IMG/VR virus record: IMGVR_UViG_3300044591_002420
Location: 1 to 64,000 of that record
Source of the DNA: a virus
Reading direction: 5' to 3' (one strand)
Length of the DNA stretch: 64,000 nt
Shown piece by piece: positions 41,283 through 48,938 of this stretch. Under the pieces are notes generated by a model. The model saw only the letters and a list, made by a program, of their open reading frames with translations, was not told where the DNA came from and did no database searches. Numbering within the stretch: the stretch's first letter is position 1; each line of letters starts with the position of its first letter. The translations under genes and the position numbers were made by a program.

Positions 41283-41885
41283 ATGACGATCACTACAGAA
41301 CAAGTTAAGACTCTCAGAGAGAAAACCGGAGCCGGAATGATGCTCTGTAAAGAAGCACTCAAATCTTCTTCAGGAGATCAAGAAGGTGCAATACTTTGGC
41401 TCAGACAAAAAGGAATTACACTAGCCGATGGTAAGATCGGTAGATCTACTACCGAAGGTGCAATCGGAACTTATATTCATACTGGCAGCCGAGTTGGTGT
41501 GATGGTTGAGATTCTTTGTGAGACAGATTTTGTTGCAAAGACACCGGAATTTCAAGAACTGATTCGTAACATTGGAATGCAGATTGCGGCATGTCCTAAT
41601 GTTCAAGGTATCAGTCTAGATGATATTCCTCAGAGTTTTATTGATTCTGAAACTGCTCTTGAAATGAGTAAAGCTGATCTGGCCAATAAACCAGAAGCAA
41701 TTCGTCAAAAGATTGTAGAAGGAAGAGTTGGTAAGAAACTCAAAGAAGTTACGCTTATGAGCCAACCTTATGCTAAAGATTCTACCATTACAGTTGAAAC
41801 ATTAATCAAGAACTTTTCTGCTCAATTTGGTGAGAATATTGTTGTTAGACGCTTTGTGCGTTTTGTACTTGGTGAGGATCTATGA
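41283..41885 (+). CDS. tsf: translation elongation factor Ts (short cyanobacterial type)
   Basis: VKTLREKTGAGMM.CK.AL, LRQKG, EG.IG.YIH.G, CETDFVA, MQIAA, RRFVRFVLGE; 200 aa. Confidence 0.96.
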   Translation: MTITTEQVKTLREKTGAGMMLCKEALKSSSGDQEGAILWLRQKGITLADGKIGRSTTEGAIGTYIHTGSRVGVMVEILCETDFVAKTPEFQELIRNIGMQIAACPNVQGISLDDIPQSFIDSETALEMSKADLANKPEAIRQKIVEGRVGKKLKEVTLMSQPYAKDSTITVETLIKNFSAQFGENIVVRRFVRFVLGEDL

Positions 41886-42074
41886 TCATTATGGAACATG
41901 AACTTTTTACTATGTGTGAGAAACTTACTAATAAATTATGGGAATATTGCAATTGTCATCCGACACACGATACTGATTTATTAGTTAAAGAATCAAAAGA
42001 ATTAATGGTTTCTTATTATGAGAAACGCATTTCTGAATTAAAAAATGAAATTATTCGTATTTAAGGTATAAACT

Positions 42075-42473
42075 ATGGGAACTAGAGCTGATTTTTACGT
42101 TGGAGTTGGACCTAACGCCGAATGGTTAGGAAGTGTTGCATGGGATGGTTATGAATGGCAAGTAAAACCAGATTGCTCTTTAATGAAAGCGAAAACTGAA
42201 GAAGAATTTCGTAGTGCTGTTAAGTTAATTTCAGAAAAACGAGATGATTGGACATCAGTAGAACAAGGTTGGCCGTGGCCATGGAACGATAGTTTTACTA
42301 CTGATAGAACCTATGCATTTGTTGATGGAAAAACTCAAGACTATAATTGGGGCTGTTTGCCAGTGGATGACGAAGATGAAGACACTGTAAAAACTGTAGA
42401 GTGGCCAAATATGGAATCAAGAAAAAATGTCAATTATGGTAATCGTTCGGGACTTCTTATTTTTTCTGTGTGA
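42075..42473 (+). CDS. hypothetical Trp-rich protein
   Basis: MGTRADFYVG..EWLGS.AWDGY..GWPWPW. Confidence 0.6.
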   Translation: MGTRADFYVGVGPNAEWLGSVAWDGYEWQVKPDCSLMKAKTEEEFRSAVKLISEKRDDWTSVEQGWPWPWNDSFTTDRTYAFVDGKTQDYNWGCLPVDDEDEDTVKTVEWPNMESRKNVNYGNRSGLLIFSV

Positions 42474-42518
42474 TACTCTATCTTGTTTCCAGCCAATCCT
42501 GAAACCGTCCACTGCCTC

Positions 42519-42547
42519 TTGACAAACTAGCTCCTCCATGCTAGATT
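42519..42547 (+). promoter_or_regulatory. sigma70-like promoter of the DUF2828/ncRNA/tRNA operon
   Basis: TTGACA-17-TAGATT with TGn extension; AAACCGTCCAC half-site upstream. Confidence 0.8.
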
Positions 42548-42558
42548 GAACAAGTTCA

Positions 42559-42622
42559 AAGATGAGACAGCAATTCCCTTCGCTCTTTCCTTTTAAGAAA
42601 ACCAAGCCAAAAAACTCATCTT
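42559..42622 (+). ncRNA. CAGCA-motif RNA, copy 1 (5' leader; Lys UUU-like loop)
   Basis: AAGATGAG/CTCATCTT stem, ACAGCAA, inner hairpin TTTC-CTTTTAA-GAAA. Confidence 0.7.
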
Positions 42623-42643
42623 GTTTAATCACCCAAACTAATT

Positions 42644-42853
42644 ATGAATCCAACCCAATCACTAGAGCCTCATCAACAACGAATGATTGATGAGCATTCC
42701 GAACTTTCTCAACGTCTTTCTGATCTTCGCCGCTTTTTTGATAATCCTTATTTTAAAGATCTACCTGAAGCCGAACGAGTGCGCATGAAAGCTCAAGAGC
42801 TTTTTATGACTGGTTACGAAAACATCTTGAGCCAAAGAATCGCCGCTATCTGA
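42644..42853 (+). CDS. small helical protein, crAss001_48-like
   Basis: HQQRMIDE..EL..R...L..F....F..L..Q...M..Y..IL..RI pattern. Confidence 0.65.
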   Translation: MNPTQSLEPHQQRMIDEHSELSQRLSDLRRFFDNPYFKDLPEAERVRMKAQELFMTGYENILSQRIAAI

Positions 42854-42900
42854 ATTAAGTTAATTCCGCACCGATAACACACATTAACTTGGAGAATACC

Positions 42901-44364
42901 ATGACTTTTATGAACGCTCTTTCTACCGAAATGAATAATACGATCACCGCAAATGGTGCAAAGGCATACGAATCAACTCAAAACGAATGTCTTGATCTCT
43001 ACGGTTCCATTGGTGCTTGTCGTAATAATCTCACTCTAGCAGAGCGTCTATTCTTTGCGGCATACGAACAACATCCAGAAACGGCAGTACGAATTCTGTT
43101 CTATTCTCGTGATATTCGCGGAGCAAGTCAAGGTGAACGCGCAGTCTTCCGAGCACTGATGCCTAAACTTGCTCATAAGAATCCAAGAATCGCAACACGT
43201 TTGGTGTCTTTGATTCCTTATTATGGTCGCTGGGATGATCTTCTGTGTCTAGAGAATACTCCAGTTTGGAATGAAGTCTTGAAAACCATTGAAACTCAAC
43301 TGAAGACGGATATGAGTAGCGATAAGACTTCGCTGCTTGCCAAATGGCTTCCTTCTATCAATGCATCATCTAAAGATAGTAAGCGACTGGGTAGGCTGAT
43401 CGCAGCTCATATGGGTTGGTCTGAACGTCAATATCGCAAAAATCTTTCTTCACTTCGGGCTAAGATCAAGATTGTTGAAACTCCGATGTGTGCGAAAGAA
43501 TGGAGTGTTATTGATTACGAGCATCTTCCTTCTCGTGCAGCATTCATGTATCGCAAGGCATTTAAGAAGCATGATGAGACTCGTTATTCAGATTATCTCT
43601 CACGAGTAGAGAAAGGTGAAGCTAAGATCAATGCGGGAACACTGTATCCTTATGATATTGTTAATAAGTATCTTTTTCAAGGTGCTCGTAATGATAAGAC
43701 TCTTGAACTTCAATGGAATGCCTTGCCCAATTACATGGAAGATCTAGAATTTAATGGTCTTGTTGTTGCCGATGTTTCTGGTTCTATGATGAATAATAGT
43801 GGTATGCCAATGGCAGTTTCCATCTCGCTTGCAATGTATATTGCTGAGCGTAATCCATCTAAGATCTGGAAGAATAAATTTCTGACTTTCTCTCAAGCTC
43901 CAAAACTTCAAACTATTCTAGGCAACAACATTGAAGAAAAAATTCGTTATCTACAAGGAGCTGAATGGGGTATGAATACTGATCTGATTGCAGTCTTTAA
44001 TACCATTCTGAAAGCTGCAACTGAGAATAATGTCGCTGCTAAAGACATGCCCCAAAAACTGATTATTGTTTCCGATATGCAATTTGATGTGGCATGTAGA
44101 TCCAATAAGCGTACTAACTTTGAGCAAATTCAAAAAATGTATCGGAAGTCTGGTTATGAGATGCCTCAGCTTATTTTCTGGAATGTAAACGCAAGTGCTA
44201 ATGTTCCGATTCAAGCTGATGACACTGGAACCGCATTAGTTTCTGGTTGTAGTCCTGCTATTCTGAAGTCTGTTCTGAGCGGTAAAATCGTATCTCCTGT
44301 GGATGTTATGATGGATAACCTTTATGTAGAACGTTATGCTCCGATTGGTGAAGTTTTTGCCTGA
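42901..44364 (+). CDS. DUF2828-family protein with C-terminal vWA domain (TROVE/Ro60-like architecture)
   Basis: RDIRG..QGER, YGRWDDL, AKWLP, MIDAS motif DVSGSM, WGMNTD, SDMQFD, IFWNV, LVSG.SP; GGAG SD before ATG 42901. Confidence 0.88.
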   Translation: MTFMNALSTEMNNTITANGAKAYESTQNECLDLYGSIGACRNNLTLAERLFFAAYEQHPETAVRILFYSRDIRGASQGERAVFRALMPKLAHKNPRIATRLVSLIPYYGRWDDLLCLENTPVWNEVLKTIETQLKTDMSSDKTSLLAKWLPSINASSKDSKRLGRLIAAHMGWSERQYRKNLSSLRAKIKIVETPMCAKEWSVIDYEHLPSRAAFMYRKAFKKHDETRYSDYLSRVEKGEAKINAGTLYPYDIVNKYLFQGARNDKTLELQWNALPNYMEDLEFNGLVVADVSGSMMNNSGMPMAVSISLAMYIAERNPSKIWKNKFLTFSQAPKLQTILGNNIEEKIRYLQGAEWGMNTDLIAVFNTILKAATENNVAAKDMPQKLIIVSDMQFDVACRSNKRTNFEQIQKMYRKSGYEMPQLIFWNVNASANVPIQADDTGTALVSGCSPAILKSVLSGKIVSPVDVMMDNLYVERYAPIGEVFA

Positions 44365-44377
44365 TTGATAAATTCTT

Positions 44378-44427
44378 AAGATGGTTCAGCAATTCTCCTA
44401 TGTTTTGGGTACATAAAAGACCATCTT
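44378..44427 (+). ncRNA. CAGCA-motif RNA, copy 2 (Pro UGG-like loop)
   Basis: AAGATGGTT/GACCATCTT stem, CAGCAA, TATGT-TTTGGGT-ACATA. Confidence 0.72.
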
Positions 44428-44434
44428 GTTTAAC

Positions 44435-44550
44435 GGGCGGGTAGCTCAGTTGGTAGAGCAGTAGAGCACTTAAAACAAATCTAGTTTAGATTTTAACAGC
44501 ATTATAAATACAAAATCTCCGGGTCCTAGGTTCAAGTCCTAGTCCGCCCA
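44435..44550 (+). tRNA. tRNA-like gene (Phe-like body) with ~43-nt permuted CAGCA insert in the anticodon loop; anticodon unresolved
   Basis: Acceptor GGGCGGG/TCCGCCC; D arm GCTC-AGTTGGTA-GAGC; T arm CTAGG-TTCAAGT-CCTAG; 50 nt between GTAGA and TCTCC. Confidence 0.8.
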
Positions 44551-44551
44551 T

Positions 44552-44598
44552 TAGATGATTCAGCAATTCTTTCTTTGCTAGGAACAAAAAATCATCTA
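44552..44598 (+). ncRNA. CAGCA-motif RNA, copy 3 (tRNA 3' trailer)
   Basis: TAGATGATT/AATCATCTA stem, CAGCAA, TTCT-TTGCTA-GGAA. Confidence 0.72.
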
Positions 44599-44627
44599 GT
44601 CTTTTCATATTTTTATACTCAAACACA

Positions 44628-44681
44628 AAGATAGTTCAGCAAATTTAACACGAATGCCATCATGTTCATCACAACTATCTT
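44628..44681 (+). ncRNA. CAGCA-motif RNA, copy 4
   Basis: AAGATAGTT/AACTATCTT stem, CAGCAA, AACACGA-ATGCCA-TCATGTT. Confidence 0.72.
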
Positions 44682-44688
44682 GTTTACT

Positions 44689-44803
44689 GTCGTGTTCGTC
44701 TAACTTGATAGGACGCCTATAAAACAAATCTCGTTGAGATTTTAACAGCATTACAAATTTCCTTGTCCCGGAGGTAATCTAGGTTCAAATCCTAGACACG
44801 GCG
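44689..44803 (+). tRNA. tRNA-Asp(GTC) interrupted by a 42-nt permuted CAGCA insert (44719-44760)
   Basis: Acceptor GTCGTGT/ACACGGC; removing the insert gives CCTCC-TTGTCCC-GGAGG and a 73-nt cloverleaf. Confidence 0.8.
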
Positions 44804-44804
44804 T

Positions 44805-44851
44805 TAGATGATTCAGCATTTATTTCTCTGCTAAGAAAACAAAATCATCTA
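44805..44851 (+). ncRNA. CAGCA-motif RNA, copy 5 (tRNA 3' trailer; Ser GCU-like loop)
   Basis: TAGATGATT/AATCATCTA stem, CAGCA, TTTCT-CTGCTA-AGAAA. Confidence 0.72.
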
Positions 44852-44878
44852 GTTAAACAACTCTTTCAACTCTCAAAA

Positions 44879-45124
44879 ATGTTCACTATCATCGTTGATT
44901 TACTCTCATCACTAATTGTATCAGTTATTCTTTTCTTTAGTGGCTTAAAATTGGGAGCTGATGCTATGAGGGACATGACTGTTATCTACTGTAATGAAAA
45001 TCCCACAATTTGTCAACAAGAATACAAGAATACGAAATCTCAGTATCCAAATCTTAATTTTACTGTAGAAGCTCCTTCTATTGGTCAAGAAAAACCCAAA
45101 GTGAACATTATTGATACAAAATAA
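44879..45124 (+). CDS. small membrane-anchored hypothetical protein
   Basis: N-terminal hydrophobic helix; C..NP..C motif. Confidence 0.55.
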   Translation: MFTIIVDLLSSLIVSVILFFSGLKLGADAMRDMTVIYCNENPTICQQEYKNTKSQYPNLNFTVEAPSIGQEKPKVNIIDTK

Positions 45125-45129
45125 CCAAC

Positions 45130-45203
45130 AGCGGGCGAGTGTAACGGTAGTCACGTCGGGCTCATAACCCGGAGGAATATGGGTTCAATTCCCAGGTCCG
45201 CCA
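45130..45203 (+). tRNA. initiator tRNA-fMet(CAT)
   Basis: TCGGG-CTCATAA-CCCGG with three G-C pairs; 1:72 mismatch in AGCGGGC/GTCCGCC; T loop TTCAATT. Confidence 0.85.
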
Positions 45204-45204
45204 T

Positions 45205-45261
45205 TAGATGATTCAGCAATTTCAAAACTTTCTTATTGGTTTAGAAAACAAAAATCATCTA
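45205..45261 (+). ncRNA. CAGCA-motif RNA, copy 6 (tRNA 3' trailer)
   Basis: TAGATGATT/AATCATCTA stem, CAGCAA, TTTCT..TTGGTT..AGAAA, ACAAAA. Confidence 0.72.
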
Positions 45262-45268
45262 GCTCATT

Positions 45269-45388
45269 AGAAGAGTAGCCCAATTGGTTGAGGCGAGCTT
45301 AGAAACAAAAAGCATCTTGTAAAAGATGATTCAGCATTAAAAATTCTAAGGAAAAGCTTTGATGTTGGTTCAAATCCAGCCTCTTCTA
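45269..45388 (+). tRNA. tRNA-like gene with permuted CAGCA insert replacing the anticodon loop; anticodon unresolved
   Basis: Acceptor AGAAGAG/CTCTTCT; D stem GCC/GGC; anticodon stem AGCTT/AAGCT enclosing 53 nt; T arm GTTGG-TTCAAAT-CCAGC. Confidence 0.78.
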
Positions 45389-45463
45389 TCTGGATAAATA
45401 ATATCCAACAGACTTTAACACAACAAAAACGATCACTTAGTCTGTGTGATCTCAAGGAAACAA

Positions 45464-46183
45464 ATGATGTACTCAAATCAATTTGCCGCAACAATCAAGG
45501 TAAACAATAAAATTCTCCGGGAGTTTGGAGACACTGTTTATCTTCCCTTCGGTTCCGAATATCAAATTCGTCTTAAAAATCTCAATACAACAAGAGCCAA
45601 AGTAACAGTTGAAATTGACGGACAAAATGTTACTGATGGTGGTCTTGTTATTGATTCATTCCAAACTGTTGATCTAGAACGATTCATTCGTAATGGTAAT
45701 CTTTCCGAAGGAAATCGCTTTAAATTTATTGAACGAACTTCTAAAATTGAAGATCATCGTGGAATTAAACTAGAAGATGGTTTGATTACAATTCGTTATG
45801 AGTATGAGATGTCTTATGCTCCTTTATACGATTTTAAATATCCAAAAGCACAAAAAAATAATTTTATTAATGAATGTTCATATCGCAGTATGAACATCAA
45901 TTCGGGACCAACAGCTAAGTTAACCTCTCAGACTGAAACTGGAATTACTGTAGAGGGTTCCAAGAGTAATCAAAAATTTAATACTACTTCTTGGAGAGGA
46001 TCAATTGGTGGCTCTCATGTGATGGTTATTAAACTTTTGGGTGAAACAAAAGAGAACAAAAAAGTAAGAGAACCTGTTACCATCAAGACTAAACTAGAGT
46101 GTAAAACTTGCGGAACAACTAATCCTGTAACCTCAAAGTTCTGTTCTGAGTGTGGAACTTCTTTAGAGATTGTAGGTGGATAA
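45464..46183 (+). CDS. conserved phage protein with C-terminal zinc ribbon
   Basis: YLPFGSEY.IRLKN..IDG..LERF; C-terminal CKTCG..FCSECG; AAGGA SD. Confidence 0.75.
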   Translation: MMYSNQFAATIKVNNKILREFGDTVYLPFGSEYQIRLKNLNTTRAKVTVEIDGQNVTDGGLVIDSFQTVDLERFIRNGNLSEGNRFKFIERTSKIEDHRGIKLEDGLITIRYEYEMSYAPLYDFKYPKAQKNNFINECSYRSMNINSGPTAKLTSQTETGITVEGSKSNQKFNTTSWRGSIGGSHVMVIKLLGETKENKKVREPVTIKTKLECKTCGTTNPVTSKFCSECGTSLEIVGG

Positions 46184-46248
46184 GAAACCGGCACCCAGAA
46201 ATCATTCCGGGTGCCCTATACTATTTTTAGACAACGAAGAATTTTATT

Positions 46249-46764
46249 ATGAATCAACAGCGCCAAGATTTTTACCACAAGCTCAACGAAAGTCTTGAAG
46301 AAGATAGAAAATATTTTCTTGACATTTTGACTAGAACCGATAATTCTGCTAAACTACTTCAATGGATTATTGATAATAATATCAATCCCTATGCAGTGCT
46401 TCCATTTTATCTCGCGGGATCTTATTATGGTTTTGAAGCTTTTATCAGTCTTTACACATCTCTCACTTATCATGAGAAACATGCAGAATTCACTTATCTT
46501 AATATCAAAAGAAAGAATCCAAATGGACACGAATTTGAACTTGGACCTAAAGTCGTTCTAAGACATCCATCCGATTCAGATTTTAAAGAAGGTGTTATAC
46601 GAGATCTAGATTTAAAAGAAGTAGATTCTTTTGATGGTGAAGTATTCGTTTATGAGTTTGAGATTCTTAAGAGTTTAGATGAATTTATTGAAACTTTTAT
46701 CCGAGTAGAAAAAGAATATCTAAATCTCTATGAAGAGATGGATCATATTATTGGACAATTTTAG
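46249..46764 (+). CDS. hypothetical protein
   Basis: 171 aa ORF downstream of a promoter-like motif. Confidence 0.55.
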   Translation: MNQQRQDFYHKLNESLEEDRKYFLDILTRTDNSAKLLQWIIDNNINPYAVLPFYLAGSYYGFEAFISLYTSLTYHEKHAEFTYLNIKRKNPNGHEFELGPKVVLRHPSDSDFKEGVIRDLDLKEVDSFDGEVFVYEFEILKSLDEFIETFIRVEKEYLNLYEEMDHIIGQF

Positions 46765-47383
46765 CATGAATCAAAAACCTTCATGGGCAGAATCTCCAGA
46801 CTGGGCTGTGTGTCTAGGATTCGCTTTTTCTGGTGATGATTACGACTTCTATAGTGAAATATACGGCGAAGAAAATGTAAAGGTAATGAAGCGGCGGTGG
46901 TGTTATTTTTCTTATCCGAATCCGATAGGCATTGTAAATCTTGAATATCGTCCAGAAGATAATATTATCAAAAAATATATGGTATGGTTATGGGCAATAG
47001 AAGGCATCGGAATTCTAATCCCCGTTGAATCTCCCCTTTCAAAGATAAAACTTCAAAATTATTATAATCTCTTAATTCCTTCATTAAAAAGAGTTGATGT
47101 TTACACAGAATCTCAATTCAAAGAACAAAAATTTTCTTGGTCAAAAAATACACCGGTAAAGGTAGAATACGCTGATTATAATTGTCTGACTGATAATCTT
47201 CAGAGACAATTTACCAAACTAACAAAAGAATATAATACTTTATCCAACAGACTTTCTAATCCTAATTTTGAAGAAAAAGCACCAAAAGATATCGTCTTAA
47301 AATGTCAAACTGATTATGAAAGAGTCAAAGCCGAACTAATCCTTATTGAAAGTAAATTAAAACTATCATGCAAATCTCACTAG
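46730..47383 (+). CDS. protein with C-terminal ValRS tRNA-binding-arm-like coiled coil
   Basis: RQFTKLTKEYNTLSNRLSNPNFEEKAPKDIV. Confidence 0.65.
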   Translation: MKRWIILLDNFSMNQKPSWAESPDWAVCLGFAFSGDDYDFYSEIYGEENVKVMKRRWCYFSYPNPIGIVNLEYRPEDNIIKKYMVWLWAIEGIGILIPVESPLSKIKLQNYYNLLIPSLKRVDVYTESQFKEQKFSWSKNTPVKVEYADYNCLTDNLQRQFTKLTKEYNTLSNRLSNPNFEEKAPKDIVLKCQTDYERVKAELILIESKLKLSCKSH

Positions 47384-47820
47384 AAGAACTTCAAGAAATC
47401 TTTGATAAAGTTCTTACCGAAGTAAAAGTAAAAAAATGTTGCTCCGAATCAGATAAAATTTTACTATCCAAAGATCCCAAAACACCAGAAGAAACACTAC
47501 TAATCTTAGCGACCGATGTGAATCCTGATGTTCGTTATTTTGTAGCACAAAATCCCAATACTCCACCAAAAGCCCTTGAACAACTAGCCATAGATGAATA
47601 TCATGGTGTTCGTTGTTGTGTAGCAAATAATCCAAATACTCCACCAAAAGTCTTAGAAATTCTAGCGACCGATGAGGAATATTGTGTTCGTTGGAGAGTA
47701 GAACTAAATCCAAACCATAACCCAAAAGAGACTCTTGAAGTAACTAAACAACAAAAAGAAGCTCTTAAGAAATTGATTGATGCTAGCCAAGATGTATCAC
47801 TTAAATCTATCAATCTTTAA
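47368..47820 (+). CDS. LRV/HEAT-like repeat protein, tail class B
   Basis: Three repeats plus NPNH..LEVTKQQKEALKKLIDAS tail. Confidence 0.88.
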   Translation: MQISLEELQEIFDKVLTEVKVKKCCSESDKILLSKDPKTPEETLLILATDVNPDVRYFVAQNPNTPPKALEQLAIDEYHGVRCCVANNPNTPPKVLEILATDEEYCVRWRVELNPNHNPKETLEVTKQQKEALKKLIDASQDVSLKSINL

Positions 47821-48327
47821 TTCAGACGGTTGTTAAACTGTCACAACTGCCACCCAAATTCATCTCTGGGTGGTTTATGCTAGATATTGTTCAGATAACG
47901 ATTGATCTTTATTTTCGTTCACAATTTTGGAGACTTATTAAATGAGTGACACTTTTCGTTCTCTTTGTGTTGACCTAGTTGATGTACTGAAGCTTCATTG
48001 CAGAGACTGTGAGTTTTCTTGGGAAGTAATTGAACGCACTGAGAAACTACTATCTCAATCTGAGCCAGAATTTACGGCAGAGGAATTAGCACTACAAACA
48101 GAGAAAATTTCGGTCAGTGACATTTTAACTGCAGATGGCGTGTTTCTTGGGCAAGATGGTTTGGAGGGTCTTGCTAATGCAAACTCCTTCTGGGAATTAC
48201 AACCATATGGAACTCGCCTTTACTATGGAGATGGTATTATGGATTACTTACACCGCGATGTTCTAAAATCAGCTATTAGATTGTTAGTGAGTTGTAATCC
48301 CACTTCTTCTGTCCATGAGGAAACCCG

Positions 48328-48627
48328 ATGACCACACCCCTACCCCTCTCCCCCGATGCTCAGGCGGTGCTGGATGCTGTCGCTGATGGCGCTGCCTGGC
48401 CGTTTCACGTGATCGCCAGCCCAATGGCCGCCGCTGCCATCCGTGCGGCTGTGGATCGGGTGGTGCCAGAATCCGAGCCTCCACAACGAAACGACTTTAC
48501 AGATATATCAGTGTTTCAATGGGCTGTTGATTGTCACCATCAGGATGAGGCAACACGCGCCAAATTTCTTGCCATCGCCACCGAACTGGAAGGCAACACC
48601 ACCACCACTACACAGGAGAAAACATGA
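48328..48627 (+). CDS. hypothetical protein, GC-rich
   Basis: LSPDAQAVLDA..AAAAIRAAVDRVVP..LAIATELEG. Confidence 0.6.
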   Translation: MTTPLPLSPDAQAVLDAVADGAAWPFHVIASPMAAAAIRAAVDRVVPESEPPQRNDFTDISVFQWAVDCHHQDEATRAKFLAIATELEGNTTTTTQEKT

Positions 48628-48938
48628 GCGAATCACATCCTTATACCCGTCACATTTCCTACCGCTTTGAGGTACTCGGACAAGTGATTGAGATCCACAG
48701 CATCAACGGTGATGAAGCCATCGTTAGCGAAACCCGCTTCAACGGACAAGAAGACACTCATATGGTCTTGCCCATTGAGCGTGTGAAAGGAGTTTGGAAG
48801 TGGTGGGATGAAGATGACTATAATCCTTTTATTATCTATTTCAGTAGACAATTAGCAGATGCAATTCTGGAATACATTAATAAGCATGGTGTTCCAGAGG
48901 CAGAGAAAACCAATATCACAGAAAAGAGAAATTGAACG

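Noticed and set aside
44378-45261. CAGCA motifs as simple rho-independent terminators
   Set aside because: Stems are AT-rich, enclose a 29-48 nt structured interior with an invariant sequence, mostly lack a U tract, and also occur permuted inside tRNAs.
44435-45388. Inserts as group I/II introns or tmRNA
   Set aside because: Only about 42-46 nt, with no catalytic core elements and no tag ORF.
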